DNA of 64,000 nucleotides from a bacterium. Lineage in GTDB: Bacteria > UBA8248. A program made the translations under genes and the position numbers. The first letter of the stretch is position 1; every line of letters begins with the position of its first letter. Under the pieces are notes generated by a model. It made no database searches. It was not told the DNA's origin and was given only the letters and a program-made list of their open reading frames with translations. The stretch is from contig OY843592.1 of the NCBI GenBank assembly GCA_963692865.2, positions 608,001 through 672,000 of the forward strand. The letters run 5' to 3'. Positions 49,721 through 60,596 of this stretch are shown here, one piece after another.

Positions 49721-50407
49721 TCAAGACCTTTGAATGTAGCGAGAAAGTAAATTTGTCACGAAAATAATCGCCAAGAGCACAACGCCCAATGCGATTCCGA
49801 AACCGAATTCTCCCTTCATGCTTTCAAGCGCAATGGCTGTGGTCAAGGTTCGTGTATACCCTTCAATATTCCCTCCGAGCATCATGGCGATTCCCACTTC
49901 CGAGGATACGCGGCCGAATGCCGCCAACACTGCGGCCATCATCCCGAAGCGGGCTTCGCGCAGCACCGTCCATGCCACAAGCCCATTCGACGCGCCCAAA
50001 GTAAGAGCCGTTTCACGCACCCTTTCATCAACGGATGCGACAGACGTCATGGAGAATACCGCAACGAGCGGAATCGCCAGGACAACCAATCCAACAACAA
50101 TAGCCGAAGGAGTAAACAACAAGTCGGCGAATCCCAAAGGACCTCGCCTGGAGAGAAAACCATATGCGAGCAACCCGATAACGACGGTCGGTAAACCCAG
50201 TGATGTCTGGAGCAGCGTAATAGAGAACCCGCGCCCTCTAAAGCGACCCATTGCCAGCAAGAAACCAATCGGCAATCCGATGAGAGACGCCAGAATTGTT
50301 GCCCAAAAACCTACTTTGACGGTCACCCAGGCGGCGAGCATTACCTGAGGGTCAGCCCTGAGCACCCGCATCAGTCCATCGGCAAACCCATCAAGCAAGT
50401 ATTCCAA
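49721..50407 (-). CDS. tupB: Tungstate ABC transporter permease
   Basis: LP.VV.GL..Y..LSR.GPLG and FGR..SEVG..MM.GGNI...TRTLTTAIALE. Confidence 0.9.
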   Translation of the reverse strand: MEYLLDGFADGLMRVLRADPQVMLAAWVTVKVGFWATILASLIGLPIGFLLAMGRFRGRGFSITLLQTSLGLPTVVIGLLAYGFLSRRGPLGFADLLFTPSAIVVGLVVLAIPLVAVFSMTSVASVDERVRETALTLGASNGLVAWTVLREARFGMMAAVLAAFGRVSSEVGIAMMLGGNIEGYTRTLTTAIALESMKGEFGFGIALGVVLLAIIFVTNLLSRYIQRS

Positions 50408-50428
50408 AACGCCTATCCTCCAAGCCTA

Positions 50429-51256
50429 TCAACGGGGGGCTTTTGCGTCTGGATAAAAGAGTTGCTTTCCCAAGAGCCGAAAATTACGGATGATGCCTTG
50501 CCCCTCGCCGGATGTAAGAAAATCGATATAATTCACCGCCAATTCAAACTTCACGTGGGGATGTCGCTCGGGGTTCACGGCAATCACGCTATAGGGGTTG
50601 TGCAAACGCTTTCCTCTTGGTCCTTGAATCTTGAGGGATATTTTTCCCTTCGCAAAGAGAGCGATATACGTGCCTCTGTCCGTAAGCGCGTATCCGCTTT
50701 TCTCATCCGCAGCCATCAGTGTTCTACCCATTCCTTGGCCCAAAGCGCGATACCAGGAACCAAACACATCAACTCCGGCATCGCTCCAAAGCTCCATTTC
50801 CTTCTTGTGTGTCCCGGAATCATCACCCCTGCTGAACCAAAAGCTTTTCGAATTCTTGATTTGGAGCAACGCCTCGGACACATCGAATGTCTTGAATACC
50901 CCGGCAGGGTCCGATGCCGGGCCGACGATCACAAAATCGTTATACATAACGGATCTTCTGTGAGTACCGTAGCCCCGAGCCATGAACAAATCTTCCGCTT
51001 TCCTCGCATGGACGAGCACAACGTCCACATCGCCGTTCTGCCCCAGTCGCAGAGCTTTACCCGTACCTACGGATATGGTGTGCACGAATACGCCATATCT
51101 TTTCTCAAATACCGGATGCAATTGCTTGAGCAAACCCGAATTCTCCGTACTCGTCGTTGTCGCAAGTTTCAGGCGGTCCAGCGCAAGAGAGTGGGTCCAA
51201 AATCCCAAAACCAACAAAAGGGCCAGGATGAAGCGCGAGATAAAACACAGCGTCAT
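50429..51256 (-). CDS. tupA: Tungstate-binding periplasmic protein
   Basis: ATTTSTENSGLL, GTGKAL, MYNDFVIVGP..DPA and SRGDDSGTH. Confidence 0.92.
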   Translation of the reverse strand: MTLCFISRFILALLLVLGFWTHSLALDRLKLATTTSTENSGLLKQLHPVFEKRYGVFVHTISVGTGKALRLGQNGDVDVVLVHARKAEDLFMARGYGTHRRSVMYNDFVIVGPASDPAGVFKTFDVSEALLQIKNSKSFWFSRGDDSGTHKKEMELWSDAGVDVFGSWYRALGQGMGRTLMAADEKSGYALTDRGTYIALFAKGKISLKIQGPRGKRLHNPYSVIAVNPERHPHVKFELAVNYIDFLTSGEGQGIIRNFRLLGKQLFYPDAKAPR

Positions 51257-51266
51257 TGGGATGCCT

Positions 51267-51590
51267 TCATACTCTTGGTTGTTCTGCAGGTTTGATCGAA
51301 GGCGCACTATCCAGGATTTTGAGATTGATTTCCTGAGAGAGCGCCTCAAGAAGTGTTCTTGTCTCGACTTCCGCGTCAATGGTTGAAGTCAGCCGTGCAA
51401 GAGACATGGGTTCGCCATGTTCGTTTTTCTCGGCACAAGCATGAAAAGTTTGGTAGTACCCTAAAGCATCATAACCTTCCAATATCGCTTGCAAGTAATT
51501 TTGCCGGGATGTCGGCACATGCAACCACCAGATGAGGGAACCGAAGTATGATACTGGGTTGAGTTTCTTTTCTTTGAGATGGGAGGTCAT
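51267..51590 (-). CDS. Small hypothetical protein (DUF4911-like)
   Basis: YLQAILEGYDALG pattern; overlaps the upstream gene in operon style. Confidence 0.5.
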   Translation of the reverse strand: MTSHLKEKKLNPVSYFGSLIWWLHVPTSRQNYLQAILEGYDALGYYQTFHACAEKNEHGEPMSLARLTSTIDAEVETRTLLEALSQEINLKILDSAPSIKPAEQPRV

Positions 51591-51991
51591 GCGCTCATTT
51601 GAATTCGACTTTCCGCTTGTCGAATGTATTCTGGCATTTCTTTCACAAACAAAGAACGGGGCACCACCTTGTCAAAGCCCGCTCGCGTCGCCGATTTAAG
51701 CAACTCCGGCTCGGTATGCCTGCCCCAGGCAATGGCGTAGGTGTCTTTGTTTTTTTGACTGGTTTTTAGCTTTTTGACGAGCTTACACGCTCTTTCGCCA
51801 CCTAGTTTATGGTGGTGCAAATCGGACATGAATAATGCGGCGCGAAATTTTTCGATGGCCTCGTCAAATTTCTCCTCTGAATCGATGAACTCCAATGCGA
51901 CTCCCCGGGCTATTCCTGCTTCCCGAATGCCGGCGGAAAAAATCAAATCTGAGCAAATGACAAAAACCCTTTTCGGCTCTTCTGTCATCAT
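51587..51991 (-). CDS. Atypical stand-alone receiver-domain protein
   Basis: CheY-like pattern V....DLIF...SDL...IAWG.H...A..AGFD.VVPRS. Confidence 0.6.
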   Translation of the reverse strand: MMTEEPKRVFVICSDLIFSAGIREAGIARGVALEFIDSEEKFDEAIEKFRAALFMSDLHHHKLGGERACKLVKKLKTSQKNKDTYAIAWGRHTEPELLKSATRAGFDKVVPRSLFVKEMPEYIRQAESRIQMSA

Positions 51992-52383
51992 GAACTGTCT
52001 TTCTTCTCATGTAGGAATTCGTTTTGGGGCTCACCCAAATAGCCGGGCAAGTAGTCGATGCGTCCCGAGGACAATACTTCAATGTATTTCGCCCCATCGG
52101 GCCCCACGCCCGTTGCGCTATGGAACACACCTCCTGGTATCGAGGCGAAACCACCGGGCTCGAGCCACTCCTCAACCCCATCGATGTGCATTCTAAGTTT
52201 ACCCTCAAGCACGACGATAAACTGATCTTCGGGGTGGCGATGAATCGTGCTCTCATCGAACAGCGTATCGGGGGCTATCTCGCCGCGCTGCATCGTCAAC
52301 CCATCCAACGCGGCTGCGCGGCGCATGGTTCCCTTGCGTAGATTTTGTGTTTGCGGAATGTCTTCCCAGCGATGAAAACCCAA
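51988..52383 (-). CDS. Cupin domain protein
   Basis: HRHPEDQ...VLEG and IPGGVFHS motifs. Confidence 0.85.
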   Translation of the reverse strand: MGFHRWEDIPQTQNLRKGTMRRAAALDGLTMQRGEIAPDTLFDESTIHRHPEDQFIVVLEGKLRMHIDGVEEWLEPGGFASIPGGVFHSATGVGPDGAKYIEVLSSGRIDYLPGYLGEPQNEFLHEKKDSS

Positions 52384-52452
52384 TCCCTTCTTCCTTGTCT
52401 GTCGTATGTCGGTTCCCTGGACGACAACTACACAACTGATGAGGGAATATTG

Positions 52453-53859
52453 TTAGACTTCCATTTTCTCGCCCAAGAGATCGATAAGCTCATGGATATT
52501 TTCGAGCGTATCGATTTTATAGAGCATCGCCTCAATCAAGGCGATCTGATTGCTCTCGTACACCAAACCAGTACATTCCGTGAATTTCTCGTAAAGCTCC
52601 TCACGATCCATGGGACGCTGAGGGGTGCCGCGGGAGATTTCCGACATTTTCTCGTACACTGTCCCGTCTTCAAGCTCTATCGCCACCTTGCCGCGAATGA
52701 GAGCGTAACCCTGGGCTTCGATCTCATCGTCCATGAAGGGATTTATCTTTTTCATCACCTCCACGACATCGGGCCGCGTTACGACTTCGTCTTTGTATTG
52801 AGCGATGCCGGCAGCGCGCTCCAGCAGCAAGATGCCGAAACCGAACTGTAAAGAGAACTTCGCCTCCAGTTCATTTTGTGGTTCTTTGTAACGCAAAGGC
52901 TCCAGTACACGCGAGGTGGTCCCGAAACGCAACTCTTTTACCTGGTCGGGTTTAATGTCGTTTTCCAGAATCAGGTCTCTGGCGGCATCCATCGCGGGGT
53001 GCGCAAGGGAGCCGCAAGGATAGGGTTTAATCGACACGCCAGGGTCCACCGCCGACCAGGCGTTGCCGAGTTTCCCGACGATATAATCTCTATCGCAGCC
53101 GCCACCCATGATCTGGAAAAATCCCCACTGCCCATCGAATATCGTGGGGTCCGAAGTGTAGCCACCTGCCGCCAGTCTCGCCGCAACAACGCCGTTCTCC
53201 GCCGCGCGACCGCAGTGGTAAGGCTTCGTCATCGTTCCAAAATTCGCACGAAGGCCGGCGCTTTCCGAACAAACGATTCCGTAACACATTCGCAATTGGT
53301 GTTCGTCCAATCCCATCAACTTCGCCGCGGCTGTCGCCGCTCCGATGGCGCCGATCGTACCCGTAGAGTGAAATCCTTTTACGTAATGATCCGGCCGAAT
53401 CGCCTCCGCCACCTTGCACTCGACTTCGAAACCCAGCGCAAATGCGGTTAGCAATTCCTGCCCCGTTGCGCCGATCGCCTCTGCAAGGGCCAGAGCAGCG
53501 GGCATCACCGGACATGTGGGGTGAGTCAACAATCCATATACACGATCCGGGTAGCTGCTCAACTGCGTATCGTCATAATCCATTGCATGGCCGGCGACGC
53601 CATTGGCCAAAGCGGCGAGATGCGCAGGGACCGTCATGCTGGTTCCGATTACCCGCGCCTCGGGTTCTCCTCCAATTTCCCTGAGATAGTTTTGGATAAT
53701 ATGACCACTTTCTTCCGTGGAACCCGCAACCATCAGACCGATACCATCCACGAAACAGCGGCGCATGATTACTCGCACATCTTCAGGAATGTCTTCGTAT
53801 TCCGTCTGCAAGACAAATTCGACGATGGCATCTGTGATGAGAGAATCTGAATCGCTCAT
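52453..53859 (-). CDS. MmgE/PrpD family protein
   Basis: NG.AGHAMDYDD...HP, GFHSTG, FGTMTKP.H.G and KPYPC. Confidence 0.9.
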   Translation of the reverse strand: MSDSDSLITDAIVEFVLQTEYEDIPEDVRVIMRRCFVDGIGLMVAGSTEESGHIIQNYLREIGGEPEARVIGTSMTVPAHLAALANGVAGHAMDYDDTQLSSYPDRVYGLLTHPTCPVMPAALALAEAIGATGQELLTAFALGFEVECKVAEAIRPDHYVKGFHSTGTIGAIGAATAAAKLMGLDEHQLRMCYGIVCSESAGLRANFGTMTKPYHCGRAAENGVVAARLAAGGYTSDPTIFDGQWGFFQIMGGGCDRDYIVGKLGNAWSAVDPGVSIKPYPCGSLAHPAMDAARDLILENDIKPDQVKELRFGTTSRVLEPLRYKEPQNELEAKFSLQFGFGILLLERAAGIAQYKDEVVTRPDVVEVMKKINPFMDDEIEAQGYALIRGKVAIELEDGTVYEKMSEISRGTPQRPMDREELYEKFTECTGLVYESNQIALIEAMLYKIDTLENIHELIDLLGEKMEV

Positions 53860-53893
53860 AACCTCACCTTTCTGAAGAATCCTCGGCAATGGA

Positions 53894-54088
53894 TCAATTC
53901 TTTTGTCGCTCCACCCCATCGGACGCAGGATTCGGCGGAACCGTTATCAGTTTCATCCGGGGCTCAGGACAAAAATATCCGGTTAATGTCGGAAAAATCA
54001 ACGTATTCGAACAAATCCCCGTTAGCGCAAAAATGAAAAGCCCCGACAAAAGCAATGCGCCCAACAACCAAATCACACCACGCGTCAT
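53894..54088 (-). CDS. Small membrane/secreted hypothetical protein
   Basis: Hydrophobic N-terminus with two Cys; co-directional with the prpD-like gene. Confidence 0.4.
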   Translation of the reverse strand: MTRGVIWLLGALLLSGLFIFALTGICSNTLIFPTLTGYFCPEPRMKLITVPPNPASDGVERQKN

Positions 54089-54535
54089 GATGGATTCCCC
54101 GAAACGCCCAGCTTCTAAGCAAAACGAATACAGGTGAGGGAAGCGCGTCGAATTTAAGTTAAGAAATAAAAAACGAGTCGTCTCGCTCGGCGACCCGCGA
54201 TTCGATCCACTTCGCAGAGAGATGCTCCTCTCTCCTGCATCTACAATAATCCCATTCAGAAATCACAAGAACGAAACCTAACAAAAACCATACAGAGCGA
54301 CAAGGTTAAACCACTTTTTTCTCTATTTCCATTTTACATATCTTCTTTAGGCTGGGATAATAGAAGTGAGAGGGGTTGAAGAGTTCATGTACTCCATTAC
54401 ACTTTATTCGTCAGGAATGGAATTTTTGATCTAGTTGGAGTTATTATTTTTTGCTTTTGCTTGTGATTTTTTGCGCAAGCAAATGACGGCCCGATTCTCA
54501 AAAACCAAGAACCATAGATTCGTGACACAACATAG

Positions 54536-55660
54536 ATGGAGCTTGAGATGATTTTGGATATAGAAGCCGGTGACATCCTCCCAGCAAAAGATGCCATCGC
54601 TTTAATGGATCAAACAGACCTAGGTCCTTCCATCGACGTTCCTGAAATCCCCCAAAACGCTCATCCCGAGAACATCACGGAAGAGGAAAGAGAATTCCTG
54701 CAGGGTGAGGTTCGGCGTCTCAAGAAAGAGAGAAACGCTCTCATCCTGGCGCATAACTACGTGCCCCGAGACATTCAGGACGTATCCGATGTCATCGGGG
54801 ATTCATTGTTCCTGGCCCAGCAAGGCGCCGCCTCAAGCGCGGATTTTCTCGTCGAACCATCCGTCTTGTTCATGAACCAGATTTTGGCCGCTCTCAAAAA
54901 ACCCCATCAAACTGTTTTGGCCCCAAGCCTCGAGGCGCTCTGCTCTTTGGCCGCCCATGCTGACGTCGATAAAATTCGAGATTGGAAAAAAGAGCATCCT
55001 GACGGGATTGTCATCAGCTATGTAAACACGTATCTCGAAGTAAAGGCAGAGAGCGATTACTGTTGCGCATCCGCCAACGCTGGCAAGGTTACGCTCCACA
55101 TCCTCGAAAACTCGAGGCCCGAGCAACCCATTCTGTTTTTGCCCGATGTCTTCCTGGGGTTTTACGCGGCTAAACTACTGGAGAATAAAGGACATTCTTT
55201 AGACCGCCTTCATCTCATGATGGGCGCATGCCATGTGCATGAAAGGATTCGTCCGCATCACGTTCTGGAGCAGCAACAACTACACCCTGAAGCCATAACC
55301 GTGGTTCACCCCGAGTGCGGATGCACCAGCGCCTGCATGCGTCAAGTGAACGACGGCATCGTGCCCGAGGACATGCTCCAGTTCCGCTCGACTCAAGGCA
55401 TGATCAAACTGGTGGAGGAAGTTCCTCACTCGGAAGTCATTGTGGCCACCGAGGTCGGAAATCTCCACCCTATGTCCAAGGCAGTTCCGGAAAAAACTTT
55501 GATCCCCGCCAGCCGCGAAGCGCTTTGCGCCTACATGAAACAAAACACGCTGCAAAACCTGTATGAATGCCTGCGGGATCTGAAACATGAAATCACGGTG
55601 GATCCGGAACTGGCGCGGCGCGCGCGAATACCCATCGAGCGCATGCTCGAAATCGTATAA
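54536..55660 (+). CDS. nadA: Quinolinate synthase
   Basis: LAHNY, GDS, CSLA, YVNT, CHVH, HPEC and C.YMK. Confidence 0.93.
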   Translation: MELEMILDIEAGDILPAKDAIALMDQTDLGPSIDVPEIPQNAHPENITEEEREFLQGEVRRLKKERNALILAHNYVPRDIQDVSDVIGDSLFLAQQGAASSADFLVEPSVLFMNQILAALKKPHQTVLAPSLEALCSLAAHADVDKIRDWKKEHPDGIVISYVNTYLEVKAESDYCCASANAGKVTLHILENSRPEQPILFLPDVFLGFYAAKLLENKGHSLDRLHLMMGACHVHERIRPHHVLEQQQLHPEAITVVHPECGCTSACMRQVNDGIVPEDMLQFRSTQGMIKLVEEVPHSEVIVATEVGNLHPMSKAVPEKTLIPASREALCAYMKQNTLQNLYECLRDLKHEITVDPELARRARIPIERMLEIV

Positions 55661-55678
55661 CATCAAATACCATTCGAC

Positions 55679-56563
55679 ATGGACATTCGTTCTAAAATCC
55701 GCGAATGGCTCCTCGAGGATTTTGGGGACGCTCCCCTCCACTACGACGCGGCAAAAGAACCCTCATGCACCGCGGAATTGCGCTCGAAAAGCGATGCCAT
55801 TCTTGCAGGCTCCCCGTTTTTACTTCCCGCATTGGAGGAAACCCAAAGTCTTCTGGCCCTCGGAAAATCCAGCCCCCCTGAAATCGACTGGCGAAAGGAT
55901 GAAGGAGCCGAAATTTACAAAGGCGAATTATTGGCATATGTATCCGGCCATACCCAGACAATCTTGAAAGCGGAGCGCACCGCTCTCAATCTCCTTTCCC
56001 ACATCTCGGAAATCGCCACGCATACGGCGAATACTTTGACTCGCTTCGGGGATTTCCCCGAAACTCTCAAGGGGATCATCGATACAAGGAAAAATCGGCC
56101 AGGCTTGCGTTATTTTGAAAAGTACGCGGTTCGCGCAGGTGGCGGGCGGAATCACCGCCTCGGTTTTTTCGACGGGGAAATGATCAAGGACAACGACATC
56201 GCCGTCGCCGGTTCCATCCGCGCCGCAATCAACAGGCAATTCGGCAACCGCTACATGACGGAAACTCAAATCGAAGTGCAGAATCTGACTCAACTGGAAG
56301 AAGTCATCGAAGACGGACGAGTGCACATGATCCTGCTCGACAACATGGACATCGAAACACTCCGAAAAGCCGTTTTCCGCACCCGGAAAGTCGGCATCGC
56401 CTTGAAAACGCAAAAACCCTATGAACTAGAGGCCTCCGGCATCGCCGACGCCGACATCAAGAACATCGCGGAGACGGGGGTGGACTATATTTCCACCAGC
56501 TCGCTCGTCCGCTCCGCCCCTCCGCTTGACTTTCACATGAAGATCACAAAAGTGGATTTATGA
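55679..56563 (+). CDS. nadC: Quinolinate phosphoribosyltransferase
   Basis: AERTALN, DTRK..PG.R..EKYAV..GGG.NHR, IKDN, LLDNM and EASG. Confidence 0.92.
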   Translation: MDIRSKIREWLLEDFGDAPLHYDAAKEPSCTAELRSKSDAILAGSPFLLPALEETQSLLALGKSSPPEIDWRKDEGAEIYKGELLAYVSGHTQTILKAERTALNLLSHISEIATHTANTLTRFGDFPETLKGIIDTRKNRPGLRYFEKYAVRAGGGRNHRLGFFDGEMIKDNDIAVAGSIRAAINRQFGNRYMTETQIEVQNLTQLEEVIEDGRVHMILLDNMDIETLRKAVFRTRKVGIALKTQKPYELEASGIADADIKNIAETGVDYISTSSLVRSAPPLDFHMKITKVDL

Positions 56564-56638
56564 TATTCTTGTAAAATCGCTTTTGTGATCCGTGTTGAAA
56601 TACTGTGTCTCTGACTTTACTCACCTCAGAGGAAAACT

Positions 56639-57163
56639 ATGTCTTTAGAAGTCGATTCCAAAAGCGTGGACTATTACAAAGCGCCTGACGGGCGCACTAT
56701 TGCCATCCACATCCGAGGAGATTTCGATGATTACGCCAAGTTTCCTCCCTATCTGGATACCGATGAAGCGAAAGAACACATCCGAACCGCATACGCCGGC
56801 CAGGACATTGAAGCGGAGCGCAACACCAAAGCCCACATGACGGATGATGAGGTGCCCCTTCAAATCATCGTCTTGAACAGACCCAAAGGCGCGGTCACCA
56901 AAGCGCATTATCACGTAGTGGAAGAAAGGACCACGAATACGACTCGGCACCAAATTCTTTTGTGCCAGCGTGGGAAGGTTCGAGTCGGCGTATTCACCAA
57001 GGAAGGAGATAACTTGGGCGATGCGATTCTGCATCGCGACGATCTCATATTGATGTACGAGGGACACGAAGTCGAGTTTTTGGAAGATGATTCAAAGGTA
57101 ATCGAAATCAAGGAAGGTCCTTTCCCCGAAACGGACGAACGGGACAAAGTCGATTTGAAATAA
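56639..57163 (+). CDS. Cupin-fold hypothetical protein
   Basis: AHYH...R....T....L...G.V.V and GH...F......IEIK.GP pattern. Confidence 0.6.
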   Translation: MSLEVDSKSVDYYKAPDGRTIAIHIRGDFDDYAKFPPYLDTDEAKEHIRTAYAGQDIEAERNTKAHMTDDEVPLQIIVLNRPKGAVTKAHYHVVEERTTNTTRHQILLCQRGKVRVGVFTKEGDNLGDAILHRDDLILMYEGHEVEFLEDDSKVIEIKEGPFPETDERDKVDLK

Positions 57164-57207
57164 GCAGATATGAACAACTTTCAAACCAGCCTACCCGGAG
57201 AGACGCC

Positions 57208-58224
57208 ATGAAATTCTGCACCTTTGAAGTGCGAACACCCGTTGGGCCATTCGAGCGGTTGGGCGCCGCCGTATCCGAAGGCGACGACCTCCGATACGTC
57301 GACCTCAATTTCGCAGCGGCGGCGGAGTTCAAACAGCGTGGCTCCTTACGACCCCAAGCCATGGCGGACGCCCTCATTCCATCCGACATGCTGGCCATCG
57401 CGGCTTCGGGCAAGGGAGGAATCGAAGCCGCCCAAGAAACGCTCGAATACGCACTCGAACACGAAGACGCCATAGGCCCTCGAGGAGAGCAAATCATCTA
57501 TGCGCCAGGTGAAATCCGCCTGCTCGCGCCAATAAAGCAACCTCCGCTAATTCGCGGATTCGCCGGATTCGAGCGCCATCTCAAAAAAACATTTGAAGTG
57601 ATGAACCTTGAAATCCCAAAAACCTGGTACGAGCGCCCCCTGGCCTTCAAGGCGAGTTGCGCCCACATGGCCGGGCCCGAAGAGGAAGTCCCTTGGCCCA
57701 GCTTCACCGAAAAAATGGATTTCGAACTAGAATTTTGCTGTGTCGTCGGTGTGCCGGGCCGAGACATTTCAGAAGAAGATGCGCATGAGCACATCTTCGG
57801 TTATGCGATATTGAACGACTGGAGCGCCCGGGACGCTCAAGGGGGCGAAATGGCGATGGGAACAGGGCCATACAAGAGCAAGGACTGGTGCTGGAGCTTC
57901 GGTCCCTGGATAGCCACGCCCGATGAAGTCGGCGACCCGAAAAACATCCCCATGGCCGCCAGGGTCAATGGAGAAACCTGGGTGGAAACCACGCCCGGAG
58001 AGATGTACTGGACTTTCTCTCAAATCATCGCCTACACCGCCAGGGACGAGAATCTCCTCACGGGAGACCTGATGGGCTCAGGCACCGTTCCCGGGGGATG
58101 CGGCATGGAAATCGACCGCTGGATTCAACCAGGGGATATCGTGGAAATCGATATGGGGCCGTTAGGAGTCATGAGAAACAAGATCGGCCAAAAGCCGGAA
58201 TCCAAACCCTACACGTACAAATAA
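57208..58224 (+). CDS. Fumarylacetoacetate hydrolase family protein
   Basis: DFELE, GY.ILNDWSARD.Q, K.KD and GD..GSGT. Confidence 0.9.
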   Translation: MKFCTFEVRTPVGPFERLGAAVSEGDDLRYVDLNFAAAAEFKQRGSLRPQAMADALIPSDMLAIAASGKGGIEAAQETLEYALEHEDAIGPRGEQIIYAPGEIRLLAPIKQPPLIRGFAGFERHLKKTFEVMNLEIPKTWYERPLAFKASCAHMAGPEEEVPWPSFTEKMDFELEFCCVVGVPGRDISEEDAHEHIFGYAILNDWSARDAQGGEMAMGTGPYKSKDWCWSFGPWIATPDEVGDPKNIPMAARVNGETWVETTPGEMYWTFSQIIAYTARDENLLTGDLMGSGTVPGGCGMEIDRWIQPGDIVEIDMGPLGVMRNKIGQKPESKPYTYK

Positions 58225-58226
58225 CC

Positions 58227-60596
58227 TTACGATTCCTTGTCTTTGTCGTTTGCTTGTGGGTTCATGAAGTGAACGACTCTCTGCGGGAAGGGTATTTCAA
58301 TATCTTCTTCTCGAAGCTTTCGGTCAATCGCGAATCTCAATTCGCTCGCGACTCCCAACCGATTCATGACGTTCGAAGTAAAGCACCGCAATTCGAAATC
58401 CAGGCTGCTTGCGCCAAAATCACGAAATACGACCATGGGTGCAGGCTGTTGGCTTACCTGTTCGTTCTCATCGGCTACATCCAGTAAAATCTCTCGAACT
58501 CTCGACACATCAGAGCCATACGCTACACCAACCCCGACTTCCACGCGACCATATTGATCCCGATGCGTCAGGTTGGTAACCGATGTCGAGATAATCTCCG
58601 CATTCGGAATAATAACCGAAGCGCGCTGCCAGGTTTCGAGCTCCGTTGCGCGAAACTGAATTCTTTTCACGATTCCCTCATCGCTTCCCACGCGCACCCA
58701 ATCTCCAACTTTGATGGGCCTTTCCACCAAAAGTATCAATCCTGAAATAAAATTGTTCACCACGTTTTGCAGCCCGAATCCGATCCCCACCGAGAGCGCG
58801 CTTGCGACCAGAGCCAGATTCGAGAGATCGATCCCGGTCACCGAGATGCTCAACAAAGCCGCAAAGATCACGCCCGCATAGCCAATTCCGGAATTCAACG
58901 AGTGGCGCAGACTGGCGGGTAAATTCGTCCTCTCCAGAAACCGCTCCGACAATTGTCTTTGCAAAAACCTCACACTCGCCATGGCGAGGAAAAACACGAA
59001 AACGGCCATGACGATATCGACGATGGATATGCGAATGCTGCCCACGTGGAAACCGGACATTGTCCGTAAAGTCCAGCGAGCGAGATCATCGGGGGGCACT
59101 CCCCAGATGGGCACGATGACAAGGATGCCGCAAAGGAAAACGATTGGATCGACAATGACTCGTCCCCATGCACCGAATCTCTCGACCATGCGGGACGGTA
59201 TGTGGAACTTTTCTTCTATGGACTCGGATTTGGTCGACCAGGATACCAGGTCAAGCATTAATCCACGCGCCAGAACCACCATCCAAAGCAGAAGGCCCGT
59301 AAAGATCAGGTTAGTGAGAAGCCATTCGCCTAAAACGCCATAACCGACAAACAACGCTGCAATGCCAATTCCTGCAAGTACTCTTGCGGTGCTGCGAATC
59401 ACCCTCCACGTCTGTCCCTCTCGTTCGGTTCCGCCTTCCTGGGCCTTTTCGGCCAGCCATAGTTTCCCTGCCGCGAGTTTGACGAAGAACCAACCCTCCA
59501 GGGCGCCAAACAAAGCAGCGTAAATCGCTATCGCCTCGGCGGATCTCGCCTCCTCATTCCTGAGGTTCGAGAAAAACACGTCGAGCGAAAAAACGGCCGC
59601 CAGCATGAATATCAAGCGATACGCGCTGCGCGCGTTTTCAGAAGACTGCTCCGTGAGCCGCCAAGCCTGTTGATCGGGAGAGAGAACCGACTTTGCGAAT
59701 GATACCACCAGATAGAAGAACGGCACGACCCACAGAAAAGTCGTGAGGGCGTCGGCAAACAACCCGCCTATCAAGGCTCCCGGTCGGGTCAGCCATAAAT
59801 AAAGAACCGTCAGAACGATCACCGGGAAGACACTGCTACCGACACCTCCTGCGATGGCGACTCCAAACCGACGCGCATAGGAGGGTTCCAACATCCCTGG
59901 GTCATGGACGAAAATACCCAAAACGCTCCGCCGAATTCCCCAACCCAAGAACGCGCCGAGAACCAAAACCACTGCCCCCGGCAGCAAGACGGCATGAACG
60001 CCAGTGCCGGGGGGGAGTTTTTTGAGCCAATCAAGTGGAGACAAGAGAATGCGCCGAATTTCGGCCGCAATTTCTGGAACGCCTTTGATGAGCACGCCAG
60101 ACGAGACGGGTATCGGAGTACGTCGATACGCCTTTTCCAATAGCCGCTCGAACCTCAACCTGGAAATGGACTCTTCCAACTCCGAAGCACGAACGATAGC
60201 CAACTCCGCCTCGGCGATACGCGCGCGAGCAGCCGTGATTTCACGATTGTACCGAACTCTTCTGTCGGCTATCTCTTTCGCCTCGGGCGGGTTGTCCTTT
60301 CCGGGAGGAGGTCCGATCGCGTTGAGTAATTTTTCAGACTGCCGGAGTTCATTCCGGTATCTTGTTTTGGTTTCACCCGCGCGAGAGAGGACTTGACGCA
60401 ACAAGGACAAATACCCCTGGGTAAGAGCCGGGGGTTTTTCGTCGCCTTTCAGATATAGCGCCGCCTCCCGCAAAACGATTGCCCAATCCCGCGCCTCTGT
60501 AGTTTCGTCTAAATTAACCTCTTCCGCATGCGCGTGCGGAAAAACGAGAAGCGAAATCGCCAAAAAGAAAAAGAGTTCAAAAATCCGTCGCTTCAT
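58227..60596 (-). CDS. Large MscS-family mechanosensitive channel (extended N-terminus)
   Basis: ALSVGIGFGLQNVVNNFISGLILLVERPIKVGDW, IIPN and IPFPQR. Confidence 0.92.
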   Translation of the reverse strand: MKRRIFELFFFLAISLLVFPHAHAEEVNLDETTEARDWAIVLREAALYLKGDEKPPALTQGYLSLLRQVLSRAGETKTRYRNELRQSEKLLNAIGPPPGKDNPPEAKEIADRRVRYNREITAARARIAEAELAIVRASELEESISRLRFERLLEKAYRRTPIPVSSGVLIKGVPEIAAEIRRILLSPLDWLKKLPPGTGVHAVLLPGAVVLVLGAFLGWGIRRSVLGIFVHDPGMLEPSYARRFGVAIAGGVGSSVFPVIVLTVLYLWLTRPGALIGGLFADALTTFLWVVPFFYLVVSFAKSVLSPDQQAWRLTEQSSENARSAYRLIFMLAAVFSLDVFFSNLRNEEARSAEAIAIYAALFGALEGWFFVKLAAGKLWLAEKAQEGGTEREGQTWRVIRSTARVLAGIGIAALFVGYGVLGEWLLTNLIFTGLLLWMVVLARGLMLDLVSWSTKSESIEEKFHIPSRMVERFGAWGRVIVDPIVFLCGILVIVPIWGVPPDDLARWTLRTMSGFHVGSIRISIVDIVMAVFVFFLAMASVRFLQRQLSERFLERTNLPASLRHSLNSGIGYAGVIFAALLSISVTGIDLSNLALVASALSVGIGFGLQNVVNNFISGLILLVERPIKVGDWVRVGSDEGIVKRIQFRATELETWQRASVIIPNAEIISTSVTNLTHRDQYGRVEVGVGVAYGSDVSRVREILLDVADENEQVSQQPAPMVVFRDFGASSLDFELRCFTSNVMNRLGVASELRFAIDRKLREEDIEIPFPQRVVHFMNPQANDKDKES

